Shown one piece after another: positions 34,759 to 49,055 of a DNA stretch of 64,000 nt. The position numbers and the translations under genes are program-made. The DNA is from Thalia democratica. Taxonomy: Eukaryota. Location: NCBI GenBank assembly GCA_965202585.1, contig OZ241830.1:9982001-10046000 (forward strand). The letters are read 5' to 3'. Position 1 is the stretch's first letter, and the number at the start of each line of letters is the position of its first letter. The notes beneath the pieces were generated by a model. It saw nothing but the letters and a program-made list of their open reading frames with translations. It was not told the DNA's origin and made no database searches.

Positions 34759-37700
34759 GACGTCACAAATATCTCTCGGAATTTTGTTCTCTCGTTTTTT
34801 TAATTTTTTGACGCCACAGACGCTTTTGCTTGTTTTTGTTTTATTTTGCTTATTGCCGCTCCAGTTTTATTTTTAGCTTTATTTCTGGTTTAGTTTTTTT
34901 TTTTTTTTTGATTTAATTAAACATTTATTAAATTTTTGTTTGTTGTCGCTGTATTTTTCAGCTATAACTGTTGATAACATTCATATACATGTTTATTTAT
35001 GTTTTCATTATTTTTTAATCATAGATTTTGAAGCTTAAATCTGTGATCAAAACAGTTCTGATGACAATATGAACAAATATATATTTAGAGTTTTTTCGTT
35101 TTAGTGTCATTTCTCCCTTTTAATGCATTTTTATTTAACAGCCGAAAACATGTATTTAAAGTTTTTTACTTAAGAGTACTTATAAATAAATTTGACAAAT
35201 TCGTTTAGGTGTTTTTGAATTTACTAACAATTTTGGATTTTTTTATAAAACACCTTAAGCTCTATTTTTAACTACTTGATTAAAGTTTAATATAGCAAAA
35301 AATAAACAGTTTTCGTTTAAAAACTTACAAACTTTATAGCTTAATAAAAAAACAAGTAATTATAACTTAATCTAAACTACATGTTTATCAATTTAAAATA
35401 TTGCATAGTATGAAAAATTGTTGACAATTTTCAATTGTTTGTAAAAATACTTTATTTTAACAAACATAAAACCATTACTGTTACACAAAAGCAAACTACT
35501 TATTTAAAATAACTTCAAATACTGTTATACTCCGAAAAATGTGAAAAATTCTGTAAAGTATGTTAAACGAAACACTTGAAACCGCAAAATGTGTAAAAAA
35601 ACAAGTTACAAATAACATACAAGTTTTTAGTGCTTTGATAAAACGTTTAATCTTTCAATAAGCTTGTTTTTTTTTGATTTGTTTTAATTTTTTTTAAAAA
35701 CTTTTAACTATAAACATTTCTTAATACGTAATGTATGCAATAGCTCATACAATTGTTTGTTTGACCACTATTTTTGAATAAAGTTTGTTATTATGTTATA
35801 TATAGTGATCGAAAATTGAATGTAATTTTTTTAATGTGTAGTAAACCTTATTAGTCATGTATTTTATAATTTAAACAACGAAATAAAAATGAATAAACTT
35901 TACATTTTATAAAAACAGTTAAAAAAATCAGTATTTAGAAATTAAGTTTTATATTTTTATATTTTAAACAACCTTATCTAAACTTTATTGATTTGCATAA
36001 AAATTAAAAATAAAGTTTAAAAACGCTTTCAGCTTTTTTAACTTTTAAAGAAATTTTTCTTACGTTCCTTTGATAAGAAAAAAACTATCGGCTAACAAGT
36101 GCGTTAAAAACCTACAAAAAACTTTATTTCTGCAAATCATAACTTTTTTTAGTAGTTTCGGAAATGTAAAACTAAAAATTAAAACAAAAAAAAAACATGT
36201 TTTTTTCATAAGAATATTTAGAACTTATTACTTCAAAAAATACTGCTTGTTTTTGATGAACAATCTAAACTTTAATTGAAAATAAGTGAATTGAAACTCT
36301 AAAGAAAGTTGCAAAAATAACAATTAAACATAACATGCAACTATGTAATATTGTTCCACTAAAATATCGTTCAGTTATATTTTTCAAAACACTTTTAGAC
36401 TAAAAATACATTCTTTTCAACTTATCCTAAAATAAATTTTTTGAGAAACTAAACGACCTAACACACTTCTACACATATAAAAAAAAGTTTTTAGTCACAC
36501 TATAAAAAGCACTAATTTAAATACAATTACTTCATTCAACCAAAGTAACTATTCTGATCTTAAATATAAAAAACCAAGTGTTTATACTTTAAAAGAAACT
36601 GAACGACTTAGCACGTTCGTCTTACTACTGTCATTATGACGTAACAAATACACCTGATCGCCTTCAATACACGAAAGTAAAAGGCACAACTTTTTAAACT
36701 GCGACTTCAAGCGGTTAGAATGTTTAGTACTCTGTATTAATCAACCGTTATCTTGTTTCTTGTAATAGCTACTTAGCTAAACTTATAGTTGATAGTGTTT
36801 GATAAAAAGTGTAGCATGTAATCATTGGTTCTAAGGTTTTGATAAAGTTTGTGAATTAGTTTGAGTAAATGTTGGTGGGTTTTAAAAAGTGTGCAGAAAA
36901 ACTTTTGTTTGCTTTTTAATTCATTTTATAGTTTTAAAAATATTTATAAAAGCTGAAAAATAAAAATTTATAATATAGTTTTTCATGGATGAAAAATAAA
37001 CTAGAGCTTTAGAAGCTTTTAAACTTATTTTACACCTTTTCATAAAATTTAAAAAGCTGATTATATTTTATATGAAAAACAGTTAGCTTAGAATCAAAAT
37101 CTTAAACATGTTAAAAAAATTATGAAATTCTGTTTTCAATAAAAAATCAACAAACAATAACAAAAGATAAACAGACAAAAAAATAAAAGTTTGCATAACC
37201 ATGCATATACCATATTAAAACACTATATAATGATTTTACTCAAATTAAAAAGAAATCTTTTTTGACATAGCTATCACTATACACATGAATACACTATTAC
37301 TTAAAAATACTTTTATGAAAACAAATAAAACTATACACATGAATACAAAACATTTTAACATTAACTCTAACACGTTTCAACTGAACTGAAACCAAAACAA
37401 AGAATACTTTTCTTATAACCAAGTTTTATAGATTTTTTTAAAGTAAAATAAAAGCAAATACTTGCTGAGTTAAGGATTTGATCAATAACTCGTTGAAAAA
37501 ACAAAATGTCAAAGAAATAAAAAGTGAACCAAGAAGGTGTTGTTTGTATCGATCGAAAAATGAACATTCAATATAACTGTTGCTACCTAATACAAACATA
37601 ATAAGTGAGTTTAGAAACTAAACTACAGTATATTGAATATGTTGATACATATATGTGACTACAGAGACTGGTTGAACTTTTGGTAGTATGTTATATATAA

Positions 37701-40700
37701 ATAAGTATAAATGTATACTACTTATGCATTTACTGTCTTGCCTGTTTAAAATAGATTTTAAGCAATTTATTGATAATTTGAAGCTTAAAAAATAACGTAA
37801 AAATTTAATATTTATTTAGCTTTATACTTTTTATAAATTGAAAATATCCTTCAAATGCAATAGGTAGTAAGTAAAACATGCTAAAATTGAACAATTGCAT
37901 TATTATTTTTTTAAACCTTTTTTGTTTAAAACTTTACATTTTTTTGTTATAAGTTAACGATCAAAACAGGAATTTTGGATGTTTTGGATTCAATTAGAAA
38001 TGTCACAAAAAGCAATTTCTTACTGCAATGCTGCATTTAAACAGCTACAACTTTTAACAACAATTTTTTTTTTGAAATATTAAATGTTGAAATATTCGGA
38101 TCAATAAAAACATTAAAACTAACTTTTTTTGTTGTCGTACTTTAAATAAATGCAAAAATTATTTAGATATCTGTTGCTAGTTACAGCAGTTTAAGAAAGC
38201 AAAGTATGCAGTTTAGAATCTTCTTGTACAACCCATATAAAAATTGCGCGAGACTTATAATGAAATAAATTGTACTTGAATGTTAATAGTTTATTCAAAA
38301 ACAGTTTAACAAACTTGAAAGCATCAAACGTAACTTTAGACAAACGAATAAAGTTTACTGGTGTGAAATGTAACTATAGTTAGCTTATAAAGCATTTTTG
38401 GATTGAAAAAGTGTCTGTTTTCTATGTAATAAACATGAATGCTTAATATGCGTATAATTTCTTTTAATTGTACTATTGCCACAGAATTAAAAAGTTGTAA
38501 TATACGTAACTTTGCTGTTACATAACTTAAGTGTTTTCAGAAAAGAAACAATGCTATGTGACAAAGTATTTTGTATAGTCAAGTTAAAATAGTATGTGTT
38601 TTTGGATATTTCGTACAAAGGGTTATTAGAATTGAACAAGTTACAATACAAAACTTATTTTGCGTTTTACAGTTATTTGAAAAACTCGCAATTGTATTTC
38701 GTATAAATTTTTATAAGTAGATTTTAGTACTAAAATAAGATTAGAAGTTAAAAATACTAAAATTCTTGACATACCAGGATATACGCTAATTGAAAATACA
38801 ATTTTTAAAGTATTAATAGACAACTTAATTTTTATTTTATTATTCATAACAACACTTAAAAATATATAAGATAAAAACAACTAAGGTCTTTTTTATGCCA
38901 ACTTGAAACTATGCATAAAACAACTATCAAGTTTTATTTCATAAAAATCAAAAAACAAATACAGAATGTTTAGTAAAAAAACGTAAAAGAGCTCATTGAT
39001 TTACAAAACCTAACTAAAAGTTCAAAAAAACTTAAAAGTTACAAATGAAGTAAATTAATAAAGAAACATAAAAATGTTCATCACCGCGCGTAAATATCGA
39101 TCCGAAACAAAAAGCATGTAAACATGCAGCCCTGATACCAGGAGAATACGGCCTAAAATGTCACTTTTCTAATTTGACTTTTCGAATGGCTGAGCACTGT
39201 GTGTTGCGTGTTTGTCGCTGAGGTAATCAAATTCGATATGCGAGGGTTCAACATTCAACATTTTCGGTAATCACGTTTGCGATGAGGGCATATTAATGAT
39301 GCTAAATATGAGAATGCGACCTTTTGCTTGTTGCTTTGTATGGTAATTAGATTAAGTTAATAAAAAGATAAACATGTAAAAGTGATTAAGAAAAGAACAA
39401 GTATATATATATAAATCAAATGCCTTTGTATATTTGTAATATAATTATATGAGTTTAAGCGTTAGTGTAAACTATTTTAGTTTTTATGGTTAAAGTTTTT
39501 CTAATAGTTCAAAAAAGAAACTCTTAATAAAAAAGTAAATTTATTATTTGGAACACTTGGTTTAAAACTACTAAGTTAGATTTTGAGGTGTTTTAAAGTA
39601 GTTTTCAAATCGGTATTCGTTCAAAGCAAAACTTGCAATTTTTAATCAAGATATGAAATTGTCTGTTGTTACAATGAACTTAACAAACAAAAGTGTAAAG
39701 ATTTTTTTTCAAAAGCAATTAAAAAGTTGTTACAATGATTTATAAACTGATGTGTCAATCTGTACAAAAACTAATTTTTTTTAAGTGTGTGAAGTATAAC
39801 TAAATCAGGAGAAAAAAATCTAATAATAAAAATAGCATATACAAATCGCAATAGCAATTTTAATAAAATATATTTCAGCAAACAGTAGTTTGAAACACTT
39901 GAGCTCGTTTATTTGAGTTTTTTAAAGTATTTTAAACAGACAAAAGCTAATACACCTTATAATGAAAAAAAAAAACATAAAAAACTTCAATTTATTTACT
40001 CATTGTTTTTTTATAAGTTTTATATCAAATTGAAATAATTAGTATTCTAATTGACTTAAAACACCAAAATTCACGATTTTAAAGCTTTTAAACAATATTG
40101 TTAAATTTTAAACGACTAAAGCCTCACTAAACTTAAAATGTGCTCAATATTGTAGTTTTTTTAATTCATGTAGCAACATATTTGATAAACTGAATATAAG
40201 TTAAATTTAACTAAAAACTTTAGAATTTAAGAATTTTGGATATACTAAACTATTTTACAAAAGTATTTATGGTTAATCTTAAAGTATGTTGATTGCGTTT
40301 CGTTTCAATGAATTCAAATAACGCCTTAAAAAAAATTATTTTTTATTGAAAATTTAAACTAATATGTAGAATTGATTTTAACTTAAAATGAAATAAAAAC
40401 TTAAACTATCCTTTATAATCAAAAACTTTTGCTTTCAGTTAACGTCTTAAAACATACTCTTTTAACAAATTAAACTAAACTGTGTATAACACATATATTG
40501 TAATTTCATATTTAAACAAAGCTTACTTAAAGTTTACAATTAATCTTTTTAGTCGAAATTAAACTAAGTCTTAAAAAAGCTCCTAAATTTCTTATAAATT
40601 TTAACTATTTAAAAACAAAACAATCTTTTAAAAGAATCGATCATATTAAACGTTAACTCCAATGTTCTTAAATAGATCAACTTAGTTTGATTAAATTATA

Positions 40701-43700
40701 TATAACAATTCTAGATAGAAGTACAGATTCATAAACTAATATAGATCAACTATCCTGAAATAAAAACATATTGATTATAGTAAAAAACAATACTAAATTA
40801 GGAGTAATTACTTTAAGTGAAGTAATTTTGTTCAACTTTAAATTAAGACTTATTCTACCACAACTGCTAAAAGTTCAAGTTTTAAAATAAAGCATATTTA
40901 CATTTTCACTTTCAACGAAAATAATAGTTTTAGTTTTTTATTATCTTATAGAATTTTATAAAACACGGTATAAGAGTAATAAGAGTTTTGATCAATAAAA
41001 GTATTACGTTATAGCTATATTTAACTTTTAAAGAAAAAAACTTAAGAAATTACGTGTAATACGTTTTTGTGGTATTTGATTTTTGCAATAATGTTTGTTT
41101 ATAAACTACATAAAACTAAAAAAAAATGATACTACTAAATACTTTTTAAATACTATTTTAAATCAATTTACTTTAGAATAACAAGTAAAGTTAACACTTT
41201 TTTAGAAAAATGTATTTTTATTTCATTAACAATTAAAATTGTTAAGTAAGTTCAAATAAGTTCAAATTTTGTTTTAAAACTAAGCATTATTATCAATAAA
41301 AAAAATTTGAAAATTTTCAAAAATAATATGTTATAAAATATTGCTTTAAAATTTTAAAAGTTTTGTTTTTAAATCCTTAACGGTTAAAACTTTATATACT
41401 TTCTACTAATTTAAATTAAAGTAACTTAAAAGTATAAACAATAAACTAAACACTAACCTTTTTGTTAGCCATCATAATTATCTAAAGTCCAATTTATAGA
41501 AGCAAGTTTTAAAATCAAAGTTCTGTTAATTGACAACAGAAACCACGAATGAACTGAAACTTTTTACCCGAACAAAACAAAAACTTTTTTTCTTTTGTCT
41601 TAACTTTTCTTTCGTATATATATTATACGCGCAACGAAATGATATTTATTTGATACTTTTACCGTTTCGCTAAAGATTTACAAAGTTTAAAACTGAAAAA
41701 TATCAAGTTTTAGTAAAGTTAAATATTATACTTAATTGGATCTCATAACACATTTTATACTTTTTAACACTCCTAAAATAGAAGTTACCAAGCTTATCTT
41801 CAAGCTTTTTTCAAACAAAAAACTTTTCATTTAAAAACTGAGTATCATTTTAATAGGTGAAACTATTGGTTAGAATTAAGTTATAAAAAAATCATTTAAA
41901 AATATTTAGATTACAAGGATAACTTATCTAAAAGCACACTTAATAATGTATTATCTATAATTTTTATCATAACCATTAAGAAATGTTAATTTGTTACAAA
42001 AATATATTATTGTTCTAACTTTATAAATCAAATGAATTATTTCATAAAATACTAAAACAAAATACTTTCTTTAAATGCTCACAAATCTGAAACTTCCCAC
42101 GGGTTTAAAGTTTATAGTAACTTGAAATTTTTTTTAATCAAAAATAGACTAAGTTTAGCTCATTATCAAAACATTTCTGATGAAAGTTTAGCCTAACAAT
42201 TTTAGGTTAACATTACTTTACAAGATATTTATATTTCTTTTAAACGTCAAGAAGAAAAAAAGGTAAAACAATAAAATTCTCATCTCATATTCATCTTTTT
42301 AAATTCTTATTTTTACCTGCTAAATAAAGGTTGTGTAGTTATAAACTACCAAACATTTAATATTTCCTTACTAACTAACAAGCTTCCTTTTAATTGAATT
42401 CACATTTTTTTTGTTCAGTACACGCTTAACTATTATTTTAAAGCTTTTAATTCAACTGAATTTTCTGTTTCATTTGTTTATGATTACAAACATTAGTTTT
42501 GTTAAAAATACTAAAAGCCAAAACTTTAGCTGTACCGAATCTCGTCTTATATAATAGTATATATTTCTCTTGGCAATTAAAATAATAACTGTTTTTGATT
42601 TAAATCCTTGATCAGCTACAAATACATTTGATTAAAATTCTTAATCAGCTACTAAAAAATTTGACTAAAATTTACTATCGCAACTTTAATTTCATGTTTA
42701 GTTTCTCAGTATTTTTTTGAGAAAACAAACAACACATGTTACATAAAATTAAATAACTTTAAAATGACGCAATAGTCTTTTTTTGTAATAAATTAGTTTA
42801 AAATTATTGAACACAAATTTACATTTGTTAATTTTTTCAGTAATAATAAAATACTTTATCTTGTTAAGCAACTAGAAAATCAACATCCATTGAAAAGTTT
42901 CATTTAGGCTAACATGCATATTGTATTTTGTTAGTTTTTTTTTTGTAATTTTAGTACCTTATAACGTATAACATTTTGCTATATTGTAGTAGAAATTCAC
43001 AATACTCTAGAGTTAACAAACTTGTGTTAAAAGTTTAAAATTTACAGTAAATTGTATTTCTTAAGTAAAGTATAAGGTATAAAAAGATAGAGTGATGATT
43101 TTATATAAACATATTTTTACGTTACTTAAAAAGAAAGTTTAAGTATCAAAATATATTTAACTTTGAAATTTCTAATAGCACCGTATAGAAATGGTACATT
43201 ATTTATACTATTAATAGTTTTAAGGGAAATTTTTTTCGCTTGTTAAAATATCACAAGGAGTTTTTGAGATAAAAAAAAGTTTAATTTACCTTAACTTTTA
43301 TTTTAAACAAACTTTTTGTAGTTTTTAAACTGAATTTTTTGAAAATGCAGTTAGATGAACTATGCTTTTGTTGAGATTTTTTTTATTGATAAGTTTTTAA
43401 TAAAATATAAACAATACTCAATTTAAGCTTCTGTACGTTTTAAAAGTTGTGAAAAACGCATTTGTGTTTTATTTCAACTTGTAGTAAATAAAGTTGTAAA
43501 CTTTCTATTTTCTAAACTAAAGTCTTAAATGCCATGTAAGGACGACATGTGTAAAAGTGGCTATCTAAACTACCAACAACTCAGAATTTTTATACATTTG
43601 TTTCACATATGTAACATTTCAACGGAAACACTAATAAATTATTAAAACAAAACCAAAGATAACTTACCTCTTTTACTTCGCTTTTGACAAATTACTTTTC

Positions 43701-45929
43701 CGTTGAACTTGGAAAAACTTGTAGTAAACAAACTTCGTTTGAATTATTTAAGTTCTAAAAAAACAGTTTTACTAAAAATAAAAATAATATACTGCTTAAA
43801 TACATGTCTTACCATATACCAGTTCCTTAAATCATGTACAAAATTTCTATTTTTTTATTAACTTTAGCATTTTTTTATAAAACCTTTTAAGATTCTTTAT
43901 GTCAACAATAAATAATAAATATCTTTACAAATTACAATTTATTAGTTAGCTGTACATGTAAAAAATATAATTAAAGTTTTATTTTGTACGTTTTATATCT
44001 GTTAAGTTTAATTAGATTAAAGCGTGAAACTAAAAAAGTAAGATGTTACGACACTAATCAAAACTTATTTTAAATAAAAAGTTTAAACATTCTAAATTAG
44101 AATATGGGCTAATTCAACGTGACACTTTTTTTGCGTTATTTTTATTTAGACAAAGTCAAAACAACAACCCTGGACTGATTCCTTTACAGCAAGTTTTTTG
44201 ATATTACACAAAAATATTTTCAATCGCTTGTAGAGCTCAAGAGACAAATTTGATTTAAATATATCTAAGCTTCTGGGTTTTATTGAAAATTTAATTAATA
44301 AAATCCTAAATCTTAATTGAAAATATGACATTTTGTTTCTACAAGAAAAAATCTTCAACAATTTGAACTCTATACCTACATTTAAACTTACTAGTTTTTG
44401 TTCAACTATTAATTTCTAAACTTTTTTTTAATAAATAGTGAAACTAAACAAAGATTTTATGCTAATAATCAAAAATATATTTTTATTAAACTTGTCGATG
44501 CTACTCAAAATGTTAATTTTAAAAGAAAACATGTTATCCATATCAATTTCACAAAAGATAATTATATTTTATAAGTTTTAGATTGCTTGTTATTGAATTA
44601 AAATAGATATTATTTTAGTAAAATATAGTTAATTCTACTAAAGTAAAGTGAAACATTTTTTGTTTGCAATCGTTAAAAAAAATAAAATAAAAGGTTACTA
44701 TAGTTTATACTAGTACTGACTAGCATTAAAATTTCTTAAACGTTGAACTTTCAATTTTTATTAGATTAGTCTTAACACTGAGAAAAACATTTTATAACAT
44801 AAAAAAAAATTAAGTTACTATTTAAAGTTGTCCATAAAGCAAAACGTAGTGCTTTTTTATTCATTCACTAAATTAAATAGAAAACAAAAAACTGTAGTAG
44901 TACACAACATACAATTATATAAAACATAGTATGTTTGAATATTCACTTTTGTTTTATAGCTAGAAAAAGGCAAAAATTATCATTACTAACTTCACTTTAA
45001 CAAGTTTTTAAGAATTTTCCACAATAATAACCTTTATTATCATAACGCCAACTTATTAAATTAAAAAAAATCTTATGAAAAAATTTATTTACTTTTATGT
45101 TTGTTACAAAAGAAACGTTTTAAACACTTTTTATATTTTTCTTAAATCTACTACTCAATCCGCTTTATAAAAAATCAACTAAAATAAGTTTTAAACTGTT
45201 GAGATGTGAAAAGTTAATTAGTTTATAGCAAATATAACCGTTAACACTACTGTTATAACGCCTTTATTGTTTATTGTACAAGAAAAAAGCTACCTTCAAA
45301 AACATTTTTTTATCTTTAAAGTTTTTAGCAACCACAGCATATGTTTTTTCTACAAGTTTGTTACAATGCAAACAAGAAGCAACACTAATATACTAGTAAG
45401 GTAGCTATACTTATACACCAGCCAAAACATTTGCATAAGAAATTCGTACTTTATTGATTTTCGACTTGGTTCTAACTTTTCCTTGTGCTTTTGAAAGTTT
45501 TAAAAATAAACTGACAACATAAAACATGCTCGTTTACACTTCTTCGTAAGAAGTTTGCTTTAATGTGTTTATATACCTCACTTATGCGAGCTTGTATTGT
45601 GGAAACAACTAGATAAGTGAAAACTTAATTATGCTAACAATGTTTGTTCGAAAATTGTAACTTTATTGATAATTATTATTTCAAAATTTTGTAAAAGCTA
45701 CAACTTACAAAAGTTTTGATCTTGATTAAAATGAACAAACACTACTTGCTACATTTAAACATTTTTGTTTAATTCTATAACACAATGCTTATTCAATCAG
45801 GTACAGCAACTGTACTAACGAAATCTAATCTTATAGCAATATTATTCAAAACATAAATTAAACCCAAATCCTTAAGCATTCTAGTGTGTCACTAACTATA
45901 AATATCTTTAGTGTTCACTTACTTTTTAA

Positions 45930-46770
45930 AATCTACAGCCAGTAGATCATTATGTTTATTATGCAAACATGTCGTTTAGAAAGATAAACCAACTATTAAC
46001 CAACAATCTAACTTTCTGTTAAAATTTTCTAAACTATACCTTCAATAAAAAAAGAGCATTCCTGTCTAAAATAAAACAAAATCTTAAACTTTTTAAACAT
46101 AAAAAAAAGACACTGAATTAAATTATTTAAATGTAAAACCAGTAGATATGGCTACATTAGTAATTGATTACCAAAGAAAAGTATAGCAATTAAACACAAT
46201 TAACAACAATCTAACCTTTTAATAAAGTTTAGTCAAAAACTTTAGCATTTTATTTATATATAAAAAACTTCAAACATAGTTACTGAAGTAAAACTAAATT
46301 ATTAACAACTACAACCAGTAGCTTAAGATGTTTACTGTGTACACAACACAGTAAACAACAAGTAATTGATTGATCAAAAAAGATATAGCAACTAACTATA
46401 TGGTATCTAAACAATCCAAAATTGTAATAAATTTATTTAAACTACATTACTCAAAAAGAATTTAAGCATTCTTGCCTATAACTAAACAAAAACTTCAAAC
46501 ATGAAGACTAATTTTTAATTAAGTTATTAAAAACTACAACCAGTAGCCTAAGATGTTTACTGTGTACACAAGTAATTGACTGCTCAAGAAAGATATATCA
46601 ATTATAATGGTATCTACAAGATCAAATCTTGTAATGAATTTATTTAAACTACATCTTTTGATAAAAAAATTAAGCATTCTTGCCTTTAACTAAACAAAAA
46701 ACTTCAAACTGAATTAAAACAAAATTATTAACAACTACAACCAGTAGCATGTTTGCTGTGTACACAACAC
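45930..46770. repeat. degenerate ~200-nt tandem array (5 units)
   Basis: CTACAACCAGTAG-like anchor at ~45933, 46135, 46309, 46534 and 46735, followed by ATGTTTACTGTGTACACAA in the best-preserved units. Confidence 0.8.
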
Positions 46771-49009
46771 GCTACGTATCAAAACACTACAAGCTAGCAA
46801 GATATTCATACGAGAAAAAATATCGATTTTTTACATTTTGCTGACATCAAGCCTTCAAATTCGACGCTCAATTAGCAGAGTAATGGGACAACTTTGCTGT
46901 TTCCTACACACAAAAAGTTCAAGTTCAAGTGGCTCTAATGTGTGTTAAATTTACACAAAAAACCGACATAAAAAGTAATGAAGGTTTTCTTTAAAATGTT
47001 AAAAGCTTAAAAAAGTACTTTTGATGAAGTTTTATGTGTAAACCGTAAACACAAAAGACACTTTTAAAGTATCTAAAAGGTAACAAAAGTGCATAAAAGT
47101 TTTTTATAATGTGTTGAAGTTATTGTCACAATCTAATTGTAATGTTTATATCAGCGTAACAGTAAAAAGTAAAAGCTGAAAAACGTTGCTTGATGAAATT
47201 TAGCGTGAAAAAGTTAAACAAAGGAAAACCTTTAAAAAAACGAAAAATACTACAGTTCTTTAAGTAAAAGAAGTTAAAGCATTTTTATTATACTTTAGGA
47301 CTGAATAATTTGAATGAAGCACTTAACTTGAAAGTTAAAGAAATATTTTAATCTAAATTAAATGACTGTCAACAAAGACTATTTCAAAAGTTATTCTTTG
47401 TTTTAGCTTAAGAATTTTTACACAGCTAGAGTAACTTAATTAAGTATTGGAATTGAAAAAAGCTTCTAAAATAGTTAAGTAGGAAAACTTATTAACTTAA
47501 AATGCTATTACTGCTGCTCCAAAAATGTACTGAAGTCTCTTTGATAATTTAAATTTTTAGACGTCTTAAAAATTGTTTAAATTTGCTAAAACATTTCTAA
47601 AAAGTCTATAAAAACTTAAAGTAAATTTTTGTGAAATATATATCAATATTTGTTGTGGTTTTTTTTCTCAATATACGTATGAATGGAAATAAAAAAGGTT
47701 ATAAATCACAAAATTTTAGTTTTGTATAAAGTTTGTTCTCAATTCTTTATAGAGAGATCGCTAGCTGAAGTTAATTGATGTACCCAAAAAAGGGTAAAAA
47801 ATTTCTTTATTGAAAGTTTTTGATAAAGTTAATTGTCATTAAATAGTTTTTAATCACTTAAGAATACATTTAAAATAAACTTTAAAGAGAATTAATGTAC
47901 CTAAGTAAGAATAAAGTATTTTAGCTGAAAGTTTTTGGTTAAAACAAATTGGTCTGGATTTTTTTGAAATACTCCAATCTATTTAAAACTGACTTTCAAG
48001 GACCAAGTAAACTTACTTGAATTCAAAGTTCTTTTTTAAGTGAAAGTTTGCAATAAATACTTGAAAATTTTCAGAAACAAATGTGCGTGAGTGTGCGTAC
48101 ATATAAGTGAAAGTTATTTATCAAACGCTTCAGTTTCACTTATTTAACTTTTGAACAGCAACATAGCACGTATTAATCAGTGAACTTTGATACAAATAAA
48201 AATTTGCTACAAGTTTCGATTAAGTTTGTTTACATTAGACAATAAAGTAAATCTTGCTGCACTAACAGTCAAAACTACAAAAAAAAACAATTACTGCAAT
48301 GCATTCCAAAGTTATATATATTAAAGGTTTTTTTTTTCATTGATTAGTAAATAAGGTTTTTAAAAGGAAATAGTAATAGTAGCACAATAACTTCAACATT
48401 TATTTATAAATACTGTCAAAAATATTTTAGATTGTAAATGTATGTTTTAGTTTAAGATTCTCTTAACAATAAATACTAAAGTTATTTAAATGAATTTAAA
48501 TTCTAAATGATGTGTTAGTTTCTTTAAAAGTTTTTAATGAATTGCGATAACAACGATTATTTCAGAACAATTTTACTGCTGTAACATATTTGAATACTTG
48601 ACAAAAACAAAAAAAATCAAGAACGAAATGCTTATATCTTTTTATAAACTTAAATAAACTGAAAATGAAGTTGTTACAAAAAGTACATTTAGATCTTGAC
48701 TTACTGAAATTTATGAACTGAACTACTAAGAAACAAAGCCCCAAAGTAATTAAAAGTAAACTAAAGTTAACCTTACTACAGTATCTTTAGTTTCTAAATA
48801 AACAGTACATAACAATAAAAAATTTTGACTATAAATGACACTTAATTCAATTTACCATAATCAAATACCTTTAAGATAAAGTTGTTTAAAACCAATAATA
48901 AAACAGCTTTGCTGAGCTAGAGGAAAAATAATTTCATATAAAAATGATGCGAAAACGCAAAACTGCACAAAAATTTACTCAAAATTAAATGTGCTGATCG
49001 AAAATCTCA

Positions 49010-49055
49010 ATTTCGATTGTGACGTCACAACAAAAGGGGAGTAATTTGCATCCGT
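49010..49055. promoter_or_regulatory. candidate cis-element: CRE palindrome TGACGTCA plus octamer ATTTGCAT
   Basis: motifs at 49020-49027 and 49044-49051 in a locally GC-richer intergenic island; motif match only. Confidence 0.2.
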
